Positions 1 through 12,967 of a stretch of DNA of 43,657 bases are shown piece after piece. A program made the position numbers and the translations under genes. Source of the stretch: Escherichia coli (GTDB taxonomy: Bacteria > Pseudomonadota > Gammaproteobacteria > Enterobacterales > Enterobacteriaceae); NCBI RefSeq assembly GCF_003334315.1, contig NZ_QOWR01000041.1. One strand, 5' to 3'. The notes under the pieces were generated by a model. That model ran no database searches. It was not told the DNA's origin and was given only the letters and a program-made list of their open reading frames with translations. Each line of letters begins with the position of its first letter. Positions within the stretch are counted from its first letter, which is position 1.

Positions 1-375
1 GACGAACAGTGGGGCTACGTCGGTGCTAAATCACGTCAGCGCTGGCTGTTTTACGCGTATGACAGGATACGGAGGACAGTTGTGGCGCACGTTTTCGGTG
101 AACGCACTATGGCGACGCTGGGGCGTCTTATGAGCCTGCTGTCACCCTTTGACGTGGTGATATGGATGACGGATGGCTGGCCGCTGTATGAATCCCGCCT
201 GAAGGGAAAGCTGCACGTAATCAGCAAGCGATATACGCAGCGAATTGAGCGGCATAACCTGAATCTGAGGCAGCACCTGGCACGGCTGGGACGGAAGTCG
301 CTGTCGTTCTCAAAATCGGTGGAGCTGCATGACAAAGTCATCGGGCATTATCTGAACATAAAACACTATCAATAA
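1..375 (+). CDS. insB: IS1 transposase InsB, C-terminal fragment (window-truncated)
   Basis: Open frame from base 1 to the TAA at 373-375; the protein sequence is recognised as IS1 InsB. Confidence 0.85.
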   Translation, partial: DEQWGYVGAKSRQRWLFYAYDRIRRTVVAHVFGERTMATLGRLMSLLSPFDVVIWMTDGWPLYESRLKGKLHVISKRYTQRIERHNLNLRQHLARLGRKSLSFSKSVELHDKVIGHYLNIKHYQ

Positions 376-390
376 GTTGGAGTCATTACC
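1..390 (+). mobile_element. IS1 insertion sequence, 3' portion (5' part lies outside the window)
   Basis: Bases 1-375 encode the recognisable InsB C-terminus (…[67 protein letters not shown]). The element ends with the IS1 terminal inverted repeat …AAACACTATCAATAAGTTGGAGTCATTACC at 361-390. Confidence 0.9.
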
Positions 391-438
391 GAATTTCAGG
401 TCATGTAACTCCCGGCAAAACCGGGAGGTATGTAATCC

Positions 439-681
439 TTACTCAGTCACTTCCCCTTCCTGGCGGATCTGATTTGCCCAACGTTGGGCAGATTCAGGCA
501 CAGTAAACGCCGGTGAGCGCAGAAATGACTCTCCCATCAGTACAAACGCAACATATTTGCCACGCAGCATCCAGACATCACGAAACGAATCCATCTTTAT
601 CGCATGTTCTGGCGGCGCGGGTTCCGTGCGTGGGACATAGCTAATAATCTGGCGGTTTTGCTGGCGGAGCGGTTTCTTCAT
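439..681 (-). CDS. cedA: Cell division modulator CedA
   Basis: 80-aa product MKKPLRQQNRQIISYVPRTEPAPPEH… recognised as CedA; the ORF track extends 7 codons further upstream. Divergent from katE as in E. coli. Confidence 0.9.
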   Translation of the reverse strand: MKKPLRQQNRQIISYVPRTEPAPPEHAIKMDSFRDVWMLRGKYVAFVLMGESFLRSPAFTVPESAQRWANQIRQEGEVTE

Positions 682-884
682 TACTGGCTTCACTAAACGC
701 ATATTAAAAATCAGAAAAACTGTAGTTTAGCCGATTTAGCCCCTGTACGTCCCGCTTTGCGTGTATTTCATAACACCGTTTCCAGAATAGTCTCCGAAGC
801 GGGATCTGGCTGGTGGTCTATAGTTAGAGAGTTTTTTGACCAAAACAGCGGCCCTTTCAGTAATAAATTAAGGAGACGAGTTCA

Positions 885-3146
885 ATGTCGCAACATAACG
901 AAAAGAACCCACATCAGCACCAGTCACCACTACACGATTCCAGCGAAGCGAAACCGGGGATGGACTCACTGGCACCTGAGGACGGATCTCATCGTCCAGC
1001 GGCTGAACCAACACCGCCAGGTGCACAACCTACCGCCCCTGGGAGCCTGAAAGCCCCTGATACACGTAACGAAAAACTTAATTCTCTGGAAGACGTACGC
1101 AAAGGCAGTGAAAATTATGCGCTGACCACTAATCAGGGCGTGCGCATCGCCGATGATCAAAACTCACTGCGTGCCGGTAACCGTGGTCCAACGCTGCTGG
1201 AAGATTTTATTCTGCGCGAGAAAATCACCCACTTTGACCATGAGCGCATCCCGGAACGTATTGTTCATGCACGCGGATCAGCAGCTCACGGTTATTTCCA
1301 GCCATATAAAAGCTTAAGCGATATCACCAAAGCGGATTTCCTCTCAGATCCGAACAAAATCACCCCAGTATTTGTTAGGTTCTCTACCGTTCAGGGTGGC
1401 GCTGGCTCTGCCGATACCGTGCGTGATATCCGTGGTTTTGCCACCAAGTTCTATACTGAAGAGGGTATTTTTGACCTCGTTGGCAATAACACGCCAATCT
1501 TCTTTATCCAGGATGCGCATAAATTCCCCGATTTTGTTCATGCGGTAAAACCAGAACCGCACTGGGCAATTCCACAAGGGCAAAGTGCCCACGATACTTT
1601 CTGGGATTATGTTTCTCTGCAACCTGAAACTCTGCACAACGTGATGTGGGCGATGTCGGATCGCGGCATCCCCCGCAGTTACCGCACCATGGAAGGCTTC
1701 GGTATTCACACCTTCCGCCTGATTAATGCCGAAGGGAAGGCAACGTTTGTACGTTTCCACTGGAAACCACTGGCAGGTAAAGCCTCACTCGTTTGGGATG
1801 AAGCACAAAAACTCACCGGACGTGACCCGGACTTCCACCGCCGCGAGTTGTGGGAAGCCATTGAAGCAGGCGATTTTCCGGAATACGAACTGGGCTTCCA
1901 GTTGATTCCTGAAGAAGATGAATTCAAGTTCGACTTCGATCTTCTCGATCCAACCAAACTTATCCCGGAAGAACTGGTGCCCGTTCAGCGTGTCGGCAAA
2001 ATGGTGCTCAATCGCAACCCGGATAACTTCTTTGCCGAAAACGAACAAGCAGCATTCCATCCAGGTCATATTGTTCCTGGTCTGGACTTCACCAACGATC
2101 CGCTGTTGCAGGGGCGTTTATTCTCCTATACCGATACACAAATCAGTCGTCTTGGCGGGCCAAATTTCCATGAGATTCCGATTAACCGTCCGACCTGCCC
2201 TTACCATAATTTCCAGCGTGACGGCATGCATCGCATGGGGATCGACACTAACCCGGCTAATTACGAACCGAACTCGATTAACGATAACTGGCCGCGCGAA
2301 ACACCGCCGGGGCCGAAACGCGGCGGTTTTGAATCATACCAGGAGCGCGTGGAAGGCAATAAAGTTCGCGAGCGCAGCCCATCGTTTGGCGAATATTATT
2401 CCCATCCGCGTCTGTTCTGGCTAAGTCAGACGCCATTTGAGCAGCGCCATATTGTCGATGGTTTCAGTTTTGAGTTAAGCAAAGTCGTTCGTCCGTATAT
2501 TCGTGAGCGCGTTGTTGACCAGCTGGCGCATATTGATCTCACTCTGGCCCAGGCGGTGGCGAAAAATCTCGGTATCGAACTGACTGACGACCAGCTGAAT
2601 ATCACCCCACCTCCGGACGTCAACGGTCTGAAAAAGGATCCATCCTTAAGTTTGTACGCCATTCCTGACGGTGATGTGAAAGGTCGCGTGGTAGCGATTT
2701 TACTTAATGATGAAGTGAGATCGGCAGACCTTCTGGCCATTCTCAAGGCGCTGAAGGCCAAAGGCGTTCATGCCAAACTGCTCTACTCCCGAATGGGTGA
2801 AGTGACTGCGGATGACGGTACGGTGTTGCCTATAGCCGCTACCTTTGCCGGTGCACCTTCGCTGACGGTCGATGCGGTCATTGTCCCTTGCGGCAATATC
2901 GCGGATATCGCTGACAACGGCGATGCCAACTACTACCTGATGGAAGCCTACAAACACCTTAAACCGATTGCGCTGGCGGGTGACGCGCGCAAGTTTAAAG
3001 CAACAATCAAGGTCGCTGACCAGGGTGAAGAAGGGATTGTGGAAGCTGACAGCGCTGACGGTAGTTTTATGGATGAACTGCTAACGCTGATGGCAGCACA
3101 CCGCGTGTGGTCACGCATTCCTAAGATTGACAAAATTCCTGCCTGA
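885..3146 (+). CDS. katE: Catalase HPII (large-subunit monofunctional catalase)
   Basis: 753-aa ORF with N-terminus [20 protein letters not shown] and catalase core motifs (RERIPERVVHA-like, GSAAHGYF); length matches KatE. Confidence 0.97.
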   Translation: MSQHNEKNPHQHQSPLHDSSEAKPGMDSLAPEDGSHRPAAEPTPPGAQPTAPGSLKAPDTRNEKLNSLEDVRKGSENYALTTNQGVRIADDQNSLRAGNRGPTLLEDFILREKITHFDHERIPERIVHARGSAAHGYFQPYKSLSDITKADFLSDPNKITPVFVRFSTVQGGAGSADTVRDIRGFATKFYTEEGIFDLVGNNTPIFFIQDAHKFPDFVHAVKPEPHWAIPQGQSAHDTFWDYVSLQPETLHNVMWAMSDRGIPRSYRTMEGFGIHTFRLINAEGKATFVRFHWKPLAGKASLVWDEAQKLTGRDPDFHRRELWEAIEAGDFPEYELGFQLIPEEDEFKFDFDLLDPTKLIPEELVPVQRVGKMVLNRNPDNFFAENEQAAFHPGHIVPGLDFTNDPLLQGRLFSYTDTQISRLGGPNFHEIPINRPTCPYHNFQRDGMHRMGIDTNPANYEPNSINDNWPRETPPGPKRGGFESYQERVEGNKVRERSPSFGEYYSHPRLFWLSQTPFEQRHIVDGFSFELSKVVRPYIRERVVDQLAHIDLTLAQAVAKNLGIELTDDQLNITPPPDVNGLKKDPSLSLYAIPDGDVKGRVVAILLNDEVRSADLLAILKALKAKGVHAKLLYSRMGEVTADDGTVLPIAATFAGAPSLTVDAVIVPCGNIADIADNGDANYYLMEAYKHLKPIALAGDARKFKATIKVADQGEEGIVEADSADGSFMDELLTLMAAHRVWSRIPKIDKIPA

Positions 3147-3149
3147 TGG

Positions 3150-3173
3150 GAGGCGGCGCAATTGCGCCGCCTC
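3150..3173 (+). other. 24-nt perfect palindrome GAGGCGGCGCAATTGCGCCGCCTC, 4 nt after the katE stop (possible terminator or REP-like hairpin)
   Basis: Perfect 10-bp stem with AATT loop read directly from the sequence; no strong T-run follows, so intrinsic-terminator status is uncertain. Confidence 0.4.
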
Positions 3174-3202
3174 AAATGATTTACATAGTGCGCTTTGTTT
3201 AT

Positions 3203-3391
3203 GCCGGATGCGGCGTGAACGCCTTATCCGGCCTACAAAACTGTGCAAATTCAATATATTGCAGGAAACACGTAGGCCTGATAAGCGAAGCGCATCAGGC
3301 AGTTTTGCGTTTGTCAGCAGTCTCAAGCGGCGCAGTTACGCCGCCTTTGTAGGAATTAATCGCCGGATGCAAGGTTCACGCCGCATCTGGC
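3203..3391. repeat. BIME/REP cluster (REP - spacer with tgcaaattcaatatattgcagg - REP, plus a third REP-like unit)
   Basis: GCCGGATGCGGCGTGAACGCCTTATCCGGCCTAC-type REP palindromes at about 3203-3236, 3272-3302 and 3362-3391, typical of enterobacterial intergenic repeats. Confidence 0.8.
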
Positions 3392-3403
3392 AAACATCCT
3401 CAC

Positions 3404-4165
<762 letters not shown>

Positions 4166-5518
4166 TTAATGTGCTTTTTTAAGCTCTGCGATGCAGTCGG
4201 CAAAGTTTGGCAGCCATTTCTCGTGCGCCAGAATCATCTCGCGTGCCAGCAGCTCAGCATCGCGATCGGAATGCACCAACGGACTAAGGTTTAGCGCCAG
4301 TAACACATCGTTAAATTCTCCGCTAAGTGCGGCGTTACTGGCAGCAATCTCGAAGCCTTTAATGGTGTGAATCAGCCCCATTACTTTATCATCGAAATGC
4401 GTAATGCGCGGATGTGGCGTCGCGCCATCGCGCCCCAGCTTACAGGTCATTTCTACTGCCCAGTCTGCCGGAATATTATCAATCTGCCCATGATGCGGGA
4501 TATTAACGTAATGTTCTGCTTGCTTGTCGTTGTAGATAGCGTTGATCACTTCGCATGCTGCATCAGAGTAATAAGCCCCACCGCGCTGTTCCAGTTCTTT
4601 CGGCTTAACTTTCAGCTCAGGATTTTTATACAGCTCAAAAAGTTGTTTCTCGACTTTCTGTACTACCTGCGCTCGTGCGCCGCCTTTGTAGTATTCGCCC
4701 ATTTCAATAGCCAGCATCTCTTTCTGCTTGAAGTAATACAGCAGATAAGAACATGGCAGCAGATTCAACGAACGAATTAAGCCCTCACTAAATGGCAGAT
4801 CGAAAATATTTTTTACAGAGGACGCTTTTAACTGCCCTGACGCCACACCATCAAGCAATTCGGCAAAGCGCGACTTGCCATTTACCAGCACATCCTTAAT
4901 GAACACCATATGGTTGAGGCCGAACAAATCGATAGATAAATCATCGCTGTCTTTCAGCATCAGAACATCGCGAATAAACATCTTCATGCCGATCGGAATA
5001 TTACACACGCCGATAAAGCGTTTAAATCCGGTATGACGATAAACGGCTTCAGTGACCATTCCCGCCGGGTTAGTGAAGTTAATCACCCATGCATTCGGAC
5101 AAAGTTCTTCGACATCTTTTACGATGTCAAAAATCACCGGAATGGTACGCAGACCTTTAAACAAACCGCCCGCGCCGTTGGTTTCCTGACCAAGATAACC
5201 ATGACTTAATGGAATACGTTCATCCAGTTCACGCGCCGGTAATTGGCCAACGCGCAGTTGGGTAGTAACGAAATCAGCATCTTTCAATGCTTCGCGGCGA
5301 TCCAGCGTTTTATAAAGCTTCATCGGGACGCCAGCGTTATCAATCATCCGTTGGCAGAGATCGAAAATAATATCCAGTTTCGCTTTACCACCTTCGACAT
5401 CCACCAGCCATAATTCGCTGACCGGCAATTCGTGATAACGCTTAATAAATCCTTCCAGTAACTCCGGGGTATAGCTGCTCCCGCCACCAATAGTGACGAC
5501 TTTTAATTTCTGGCTCAT
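4166..5518 (-). CDS. chbF: 6-phospho-beta-glucosidase (GH4 family)
   Basis: 450-aa ORF starting MSQKLKVVTIGGGSSYTPELLEGF (GH4 NAD-binding N-terminus); operon context. Confidence 0.93.
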   Translation of the reverse strand: MSQKLKVVTIGGGSSYTPELLEGFIKRYHELPVSELWLVDVEGGKAKLDIIFDLCQRMIDNAGVPMKLYKTLDRREALKDADFVTTQLRVGQLPARELDERIPLSHGYLGQETNGAGGLFKGLRTIPVIFDIVKDVEELCPNAWVINFTNPAGMVTEAVYRHTGFKRFIGVCNIPIGMKMFIRDVLMLKDSDDLSIDLFGLNHMVFIKDVLVNGKSRFAELLDGVASGQLKASSVKNIFDLPFSEGLIRSLNLLPCSYLLYYFKQKEMLAIEMGEYYKGGARAQVVQKVEKQLFELYKNPELKVKPKELEQRGGAYYSDAACEVINAIYNDKQAEHYVNIPHHGQIDNIPADWAVEMTCKLGRDGATPHPRITHFDDKVMGLIHTIKGFEIAASNAALSGEFNDVLLALNLSPLVHSDRDAELLAREMILAHEKWLPNFADCIAELKKAH

Positions 5519-5622
5519 AATTTCTCCCTTCAGTACAGAATACTGATATCTGGCATATCTGCCCCCCCGGACATAAATAATCCAGCAACAGGACAGATAT
5601 GTGAATTGTCAGGTATAACGAC

Positions 5623-6465
5623 TTACTGATTAAATTCAGTCAATTTCTTACGATAGCTCTTAGGCGTAAAGGACGTTAATTTCTTAAACGTTTTAATAAA
5701 CAAACTCGGGCTACTATAACCGGCCTCAAACGCAATATCCGTCACTGAATAGTTGGTCATTTCCAGTTGTTTTTTGGCAAAATTAATACGGATTTCATTA
5801 ATAATCTGCATTGGCGTTTTGCCATAATATCGTTGAGTCGCTCGCGTCAAATATTCCTGTGATTTGGCTGACAACGCCACCATATTCTCCAGCGCCGATT
5901 CACTGAACTGCTCTTTATCATGCATCTTTTCTACCGTACTTTTCAGCCACTGCGGTACATCATCAATCACCTGTTCTTCGCGGTAATGACGTAAACGGTT
6001 AATGACATAAAAAGTAACCATCTCAACAAACTCTTCCAGCCCTGTTTCACGGAAATTCAATGAAGAAATCACTGTTTCCACATAGGTGAGAAAAGCGTTA
6101 TTGGTCCGGTATACCTGCGAAGCAACAAAGCAATAAGGCAACAACGGCAGGTAATGCTGCTCAAAAAAGCGTTTACTGATCCCAACGTTCAATATGCGCG
6201 TGGCACCAAACTCATAAAAACTTTGATGGTGCGAACCTAACGGAATAAAAACAAAATCGCCCCGTTCCAGTAACACGCGCTTACCGTTAATCTCCTGGAA
6301 ATAACGCCCGGTTAATACCAGAGTAAATTCATAATAGTCGTGCTGATGCAGTCCGCTGATACTCTCAGTTTTGTTATAGATAAACACATGGAAGTTTTTG
6401 CCATTAAACAACTGCTGTTCTCGGGCAGTGGCAATTTCCGGCGCGTTAATCACTGGCTGCATCAT
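5623..6465 (-). CDS. chbR: AraC-family transcriptional regulator of the chb operon
   Basis: 280-aa ORF; C-terminal AraC-type HTH region (…[30 protein letters not shown]…); operon context. Confidence 0.9.
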
Positions 6466-6472
6466 CGACTCC

Positions 6473-6823
6473 TTATGCCTTCAGTTTTTCATGAAGCTCA
6501 ATTAATTCAGTAATCAGTTCACGCGCAAGCATGGACGTCATTAAATGATCCTGAGCGTGGACCAGCACCAGACTCACTTTCATCTTACCTTCGCCCGCAT
6601 CGCCTTCAATCAGTTTCGTCTGTACCAGATGCGCTTCATTCAATGCCATCCGTGACTGATCCATCATGGCTTTTGCTGCGGCAAAATCGCCCTGCTTCGC
6701 CTGTTTCAGTGCCGCATACGCCAGGCTGCGCGCTTGTCCGGAGTTGATGATAAGCCCCATCACCACTTCTTCCAGCTCTTCAGCTTCTGTTTGCGTATCG
6801 GGAATGTTATCGAGATCCATCAT
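6473..6823 (-). CDS. chbA: PTS chitobiose-specific IIA component
   Basis: 116-aa [36 protein letters not shown]… recognised as lactose/cellobiose-family EIIA. Confidence 0.92.
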
Positions 6824-6873
6824 ACATCGTTCCTCTCTTTTCTTACCGGCACGATTACCCGTACCGGCATCGA

Positions 6874-8232
6874 TTAAAATTTCAGGGCGTTAGCGATATC
6901 TTCTTCGCTCTCTTCTTTATCAATCGCATTTTGTGCTTTGTTAGCCACCACAACAAAGGGCAGATAAATTAACGTTGCGATGCCAAGGTTGAAGAGTGCG
7001 ACCAGCAATGCGGCGACGCTACCGTTGGTATTAAAGAAGGCTCCCAGACCGGTTGGCATGGTCCACGGTGCAATATTGGTCACCGGAGGAATAATGCCCA
7101 TGTAGTACGCTGCGAGGGTGATTGCCGCCAGAATCGGTTGTACCAGTACAAACGGGATAAACATCACCGGGTTCATGATAATTGGCAGACCAAACAGAAT
7201 CGGTTCGTTAATCTGGAAGATGCCGGACGGCAGCGCCAGTTTTGCCACCTGACGATAATCAGCACAGCGAGAGGCGATAAAGATAGCCAGGATCAGGCCT
7301 AAAGTCGCACCACTGCCCCCAAGGAAAATAAAGGAGTCCAGCATCGGCTTGGCCCAGATATGGAAGGTCTTACCGGCTGCCAGCGCCGCTTCGACGGAAC
7401 CATATTGCTGATAGGTCGCGATATTTTCCAGCGCCCACGGCGTCATTATGCCGTTGTCCAGTGCGGTCAGCGCCAGCGCGCCATGAATACCGAAGAACCA
7501 GAGCAGTGGAACAAAGATCACATAGGCCCAGCCCACCACGCTACCCAACGATGCCAGTGGAGTTGAGATGGTATCCATAATGATCTGATGGAAGTTGGTG
7601 CCCCAGGTATTCAACGCCCAGGCAATAATCCCCATCACGGAAAGAATAATAAAGCCGGGAATTAATGCCGAGAAGGAACGCGATACTGAAGCAGGTACGC
7701 TGTCGGGCAGTTTAATGACCCAATTGCGGCGGACAATAAAGGTAAACATTTCTGCCACCACCAGGCCAATAATAATCCCGGAGATGATATTCGCCCCACC
7801 TAACCAGTTTGCGCCAACCGCATAGGCCTCACCGACACTATATGGGGTGACGGTCATAAATGCTGCAACGGATAACAACCCAGCCGCCAGCGCATCGACT
7901 TTACGCTCTTCTGCCAGCGCCATGCCAATAAAGAACGGTGCCATTAAAGACATTATCCCTAATGTTCCGTTATATACGTTGCCGCCAATACCTTTCAGAC
8001 CATTAAGTGTTTCAATGGTTGAGGCGTCGAGGCGAATACCTAAGGAATAAAAAAACGACCCCTCCCCAAAGCTTAGAAAAACGTTGTTAATTAATACAAA
8101 CATGGCCCCCACAAGGGTTAACGGCATTAAGCGAATAAAGCCATTTTTGATTGCATTAACGTGTGGCTGCTTTCCTATTTTAACTGCAAAAGGGAGGAGT
8201 ACCTTTTCAAGCGATGCAATAACATTACTCAT
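6874..8232 (-). CDS. chbC: PTS chitobiose-specific IIC permease
   Basis: 452-aa hydrophobic multi-pass ORF between chbA and chbB; recognised as EIIC of the lactose/cellobiose family. Confidence 0.93.
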   Translation of the reverse strand: MSNVIASLEKVLLPFAVKIGKQPHVNAIKNGFIRLMPLTLVGAMFVLINNVFLSFGEGSFFYSLGIRLDASTIETLNGLKGIGGNVYNGTLGIMSLMAPFFIGMALAEERKVDALAAGLLSVAAFMTVTPYSVGEAYAVGANWLGGANIISGIIIGLVVAEMFTFIVRRNWVIKLPDSVPASVSRSFSALIPGFIILSVMGIIAWALNTWGTNFHQIIMDTISTPLASLGSVVGWAYVIFVPLLWFFGIHGALALTALDNGIMTPWALENIATYQQYGSVEAALAAGKTFHIWAKPMLDSFIFLGGSGATLGLILAIFIASRCADYRQVAKLALPSGIFQINEPILFGLPIIMNPVMFIPFVLVQPILAAITLAAYYMGIIPPVTNIAPWTMPTGLGAFFNTNGSVAALLVALFNLGIATLIYLPFVVVANKAQNAIDKEESEEDIANALKF

Positions 8233-8316
8233 AGAAAAATACCCTTAAAAACCGCAATTTAAATATTGCGGTATTGATTTATGAAATAACTCTTTGACGG
8301 GAAAATTTAAAATAAA

Positions 8317-8637
8317 TTAATTTGCTGCGGCTTTTTTAATCGCTGCAACCGCAGCCTTAAGCACGCCTAAACCATCGACTTTGCCATAAAGCAGCGAGTC
8401 AATTACTTCAACCGGTTTGTTGGGTAACAAACGCTGGATTTCGGGCAACATATAAGCAATCTGCGGCCCTAATAACACGACATCGGCATTCTGACCTTTT
8501 TCACCAGCCAGTGTTTCCGGAAATGCTTCAATAATGACCGGAACTTCATATTTTTCTGCCTGTGCGCGCATTTTTGATACCAGTAAAGAGGTAGACATGC
8601 CCGCAGAACAAAACAGATAAATGTGTTTCTTTTCCAT
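8317..8637 (-). CDS. chbB: PTS chitobiose-specific IIB component
   Basis: 106-aa [32 protein letters not shown]… containing the EIIB active-site Cys loop. Confidence 0.92.
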   Translation of the reverse strand: MEKKHIYLFCSAGMSTSLLVSKMRAQAEKYEVPVIIEAFPETLAGEKGQNADVVLLGPQIAYMLPEIQRLLPNKPVEVIDSLLYGKVDGLGVLKAAVAAIKKAAAN

Positions 8638-8877
8638 AAAACTGCCCTCATCGACGATTATCTGTCAGCCAGACACTCCGCAAGCCTTAACCTGCTTCCA
8701 TGCTCTGGGTAACTTGCGAAACCAACATGACTTTTGTTGTGGCTGAAAGGAGTATACGGTATAGACCTGAGCAATAGTATTTCTTTGACCTTATAAATTG
8801 TCTCTCCTTGACCTGCGGTTATGACCCTCTTCACATTTCGGGCAAATAATTCGCGAAGATAATTAAGAACTCAGACC
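8638..8877 (-). promoter_or_regulatory. chbB upstream control region, with a candidate NagC/ChbR-type operator around 8845-8865
   Basis: 240-bp AT-rich intergenic region upstream of chbB on the minus strand; contains the imperfect palindrome aataattcgcgaagataatt. Sites not mapped precisely. Confidence 0.35.
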
Positions 8878-8902
8878 AAAAAAAACCGGCGCAATGGCCG
8901 GT
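8878..8902 (-). terminator. Intrinsic terminator downstream of osmE
   Basis: Hairpin ACCGGC-gcaatg-GCCGGT at 8885-8902, followed on the minus strand by a run of 8 T (plus-strand A-run 8878-8885); 34 nt after the osmE stop. Confidence 0.75.
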
Positions 8903-8935
8903 TTCCGTTGTTACTCAAGCTTTCAGACGAAGTGA

Positions 8936-9274
8936 TTACTTCGCAGCCTGTGGATCAGTGTCGTATTCAGCACAGGTCTGATAACCGGAGTTGATGACAT
9001 GTCCGGTATCATCTAACGCGACAAAGTAGGTTTCTGCTTTACCATCACGTTGACCCAGGATGTAGGTCTGGCAAGTACCACGAGCATGGATCATGCTCAC
9101 TTCAGACGAAGGTTTACCCGCAATTTGTGCAACCTGCGCCCGGCTCATGCCTTTTTTGACGTCTTTCACCACAGGCTGTACAAACTGGTCTTTGGTACGA
9201 TCATAAGCCGTACAACCCGCCAGCATGGTTAATACCGCCGCTGCACTCAGAATTCCTGCCATATTCTTGTTCAT
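8936..9274 (-). CDS. osmE: Osmotically inducible lipoprotein OsmE
   Basis: 112-aa [29 protein letters not shown]… with a lipoprotein signal peptide and lipobox LAGC. Confidence 0.92.
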
Positions 9275-9475
9275 ATTCCGTCCTCTTGTTTATCAGCGTG
9301 TTAGATAAGCCTGGAATACATTGGGCGCTTTTTCAAGCCCGTGAACGAAACGGCTCCGCTTTCAGAGGATTCCTGTATGACGTTTTAACCACCATTCAGC
9401 CCGCTGTCGCTTGTCGTTTCAGTAGCAACGGGTTAGCTTTAAGGAAGTTTTGTCTTTTCTGTCTGGAGGGGTTCA

Positions 9476-10303
9476 ATGACATTGCAACAACAAATAATAA
9501 AGGCGCTGGGCGCAAAACCGCAGATTAATGCTGAAGAGGAAATTCGTCGTAGTGTCGATTTTCTGAAAAGCTACCTGCAAACTTATCCGTTCATTAAATC
9601 ACTGGTGCTCGGGATCAGCGGCGGTCAGGACTCCACGCTTGCCGGAAAGCTGTGCCAGATGGCGATTAATGAGCTGCGCCTGGAAACCGGCAACGAATCA
9701 CTGCAATTTATTGCCGTACGCCTGCCCTATGGTGTTCAGGCCGACGAACAAGATTGCCAGGATGCCATTGCCTTTATTCAACCGGATCGCGTATTAACCG
9801 TTAATATCAAGGGCGCGGTATTGGCCAGCGAACAGGCATTGCGGGAAGCAGGCATTGAACTGAGCGATTTTGTCCGTGGCAATGAAAAAGCGCGTGAGCG
9901 GATGAAAGCACAATATAGCATTGCGGGTATGACCAGCGGTGTCGTGGTGGGCACCGATCATGCAGCAGAAGCCATTACCGGATTCTTCACTAAATATGGT
10001 GACGGCGGTACGGACATTAATCCGCTGTATCGTCTCAACAAACGTCAGGGTAAACAGTTACTGGCGGCATTAGCTTGCCCGGAACACCTTTATAAGAAAG
10101 CGCCAACGGCCGATCTGGAAGATGATCGCCCTTCTCTGCCAGATGAAGTGGCACTCGGCGTGACCTATGACAATATCGACGACTATCTGGAAGGGAAAAA
10201 CGTACCTCAACAGGTCGCCAGAACAATAGAGAACTGGTATCTGAAAACCGAACATAAACGCCGTCCGCCAATTACCGTTTTCGATGATTTCTGGAAAAAG
10301 TAA
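9476..10303 (+). CDS. nadE: NH3-dependent NAD+ synthetase
   Basis: 275-aa [34 protein letters not shown]… with the SGGQDS PP-loop motif. Confidence 0.95.
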
Positions 10304-10348
10304 TAATTTGCACATATTGGATTGTGCGAAAAAGAGTAATTTGTTCAC

Positions 10349-10447
10349 GCCGGATGCGGCGTGAACGCCTTATTCGACCTATAAAACTATGCAAATTCAA
10401 TACATTGCAGGAGTCGAATAGGCCTGACAGGCGTAGCACGTCAGACG
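10349..10447. repeat. REP - spacer - REP unit (RIP/BIME-like) between nadE and cho
   Basis: CGCCGGATGCGGCGTGAACGCCTTATTCGACC … tgcaaattcaatacattgcagg … GGCCTGACAGGCGTAGCACGTCAGACG; near-identical in architecture to the unit at 3203-3302. Confidence 0.75.
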
Positions 10448-10532
10448 GTGTAACCTTTGTCATCGACCCGCCTCTTTTTTAATCGCTTCCCGCCTGTTAC
10501 ACTGGATAGATAACCAGCATTCGGAGTCAACA

Positions 10533-12033
<1,501 letters not shown>

Positions 12034-12065
12034 TTAGTGGTGATCAGGCTTTTTTTACAACTGTT

Positions 12066-12147
12066 TGAGAAGAGAAAAGAAAACCGCCGATCCTGTCCAC
12101 CGCATTACTGCAAGGTAGTGGACAAGACCGGCGGTCTTAAGTTTTTT
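12066..12147 (-). terminator. Long interrupted hairpin terminator downstream of spy (potentially bidirectional)
   Basis: CCGCCG…GTGGACA / TGTCCAC…CGGCGG hairpin at about 12082-12134, flanked by T-rich tracts on both strands (ttttcttttc on minus, gtttttt on plus). Confidence 0.65.
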
Positions 12148-12157
12148 GGCTGAAAGA

Positions 12158-12643
12158 TTATTCAGCAGTTGCAGGCATTTTACCTTTTGCCGCTGGACGT
12201 TCTGTCAGACGCTTCTCAAAATTAGCATTAAATTGCTTTTTCTGTTCCGGCGTCAGGATGTTGTAAATTTTGTTCTGGGTTTCCATGTGCGCCAGCATGT
12301 TAGCTTTGCGCTGTTCTTCCATTTTTGCGATCTGCGCTTCAGCTTTTACTTTATCGAAGGTATCGCTGGCAATGATGTCATGCATTGCGCGGCGTTCTTC
12401 CAACGGCGGACGTTTCATCTGGTCACGCTGGCCTTTCATGATTTCGCGGATCTGCTGTTTCTGCGCGTCGGTCAGGTTCAGGTCTTTGAACATCATGTCC
12501 TGATGCGGACCGAACTTGCCTTTGTGGTGCATCATCGGCTTCGCGTCAGCCGGTGCTGCGGTAGTGGTGTCTGCGGCATGGGCCAGGTTAGCCGCGCCAA
12601 GAGCCAGGGTAGAGGCAACAAACAGTGCAGTTAATTTACGCAT
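12158..12643 (-). CDS. spy: Periplasmic ATP-independent chaperone Spy
   Basis: 161-aa ORF MRKLTALFVASTLALGAANLAHAADTTTAAP… with signal peptide and Spy/CpxP-like LTDAQKQQIREIM motifs. Confidence 0.93.
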   Translation of the reverse strand: MRKLTALFVASTLALGAANLAHAADTTTAAPADAKPMMHHKGKFGPHQDMMFKDLNLTDAQKQQIREIMKGQRDQMKRPPLEERRAMHDIIASDTFDKVKAEAQIAKMEEQRKANMLAHMETQNKIYNILTPEQKKQFNANFEKRLTERPAAKGKMPATAE

Positions 12644-12748
12644 ATTCTATATCCTTCCTTTCAGTTATTTATTACGGCTTTCTTAAGTAGCGTGCCGTGT
12701 TGACGAGATTAACTTTACTGACTTTAGCGTCAATTAATCAGAGCAACG

Positions 12749-12769
12749 GTAAAACAATGAAAGTGTAAA
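12749..12769. promoter_or_regulatory. GTAAA direct repeats (CpxR-box-like) in the spy upstream region
   Basis: GTAAAacaatGAAAGtGTAAA read directly; resembles the CpxR GTAAA-N5-GTAAA consensus. Functional assignment is inferred. Confidence 0.4.
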
Positions 12770-12943
12770 AAACACTTTTGCGTCAATTATGGAGAAAAAA
12801 AGAAAATTTGATGGAGAGTGATGAGAGAATATTACAACACGATGATTTCGCAGAGATTATGAAGAACTATACCGGATGACTGGTGATAAATAAAGCAAAT
12901 AACCAGGATTAATCTGTATTAATTTATAAGAAAGCAACTTAAT

Positions 12944-12967
12944 ACCCGCAGAATGATTTCTGCGGGT
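12944..12967 (-). terminator. Putative terminator hairpin downstream of astE
   Basis: ACCCGCAGAatgattTCTGCGGGT hairpin just past the astE stop on the minus strand; the following tract is T-rich but not a clean U-run. Confidence 0.5.

Noticed and set aside
757-1050. 97-aa ORF overlapping the katE start in another frame
   Set aside because: Out-of-frame overlap with the katE N-terminus; katE is the recognised product.
3111-3326. 71-aa minus-strand ORF (and the 107-aa and 68-aa plus-strand ORFs 3127-3450 and 3146-3352) in the katE-chbG intergenic region
   Set aside because: They lie entirely within REP/BIME palindromic repeats; the Arg/Ser-rich low-complexity peptides are typical of translating REP units, and a near-identical phantom ORF recurs at the second REP unit.
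4367-4780. 137-aa plus-strand ORF antisense to chbF
   Set aside because: Antisense shadow ORF inside a confidently recognised gene.
10272-10463. 63-aa minus-strand ORF between nadE and cho resembling the 3111-3326 ORF
   Set aside because: Same repeat-derived artefact: the similarity reflects duplicated REP-spacer-REP DNA, not a conserved protein family.
12146-12634. 162-aa plus-strand ORF antisense to spy
   Set aside because: Fully contained in and antisense to the well-supported spy gene; Phe/Arg-rich composition typical of antisense frames, with no RBS context.
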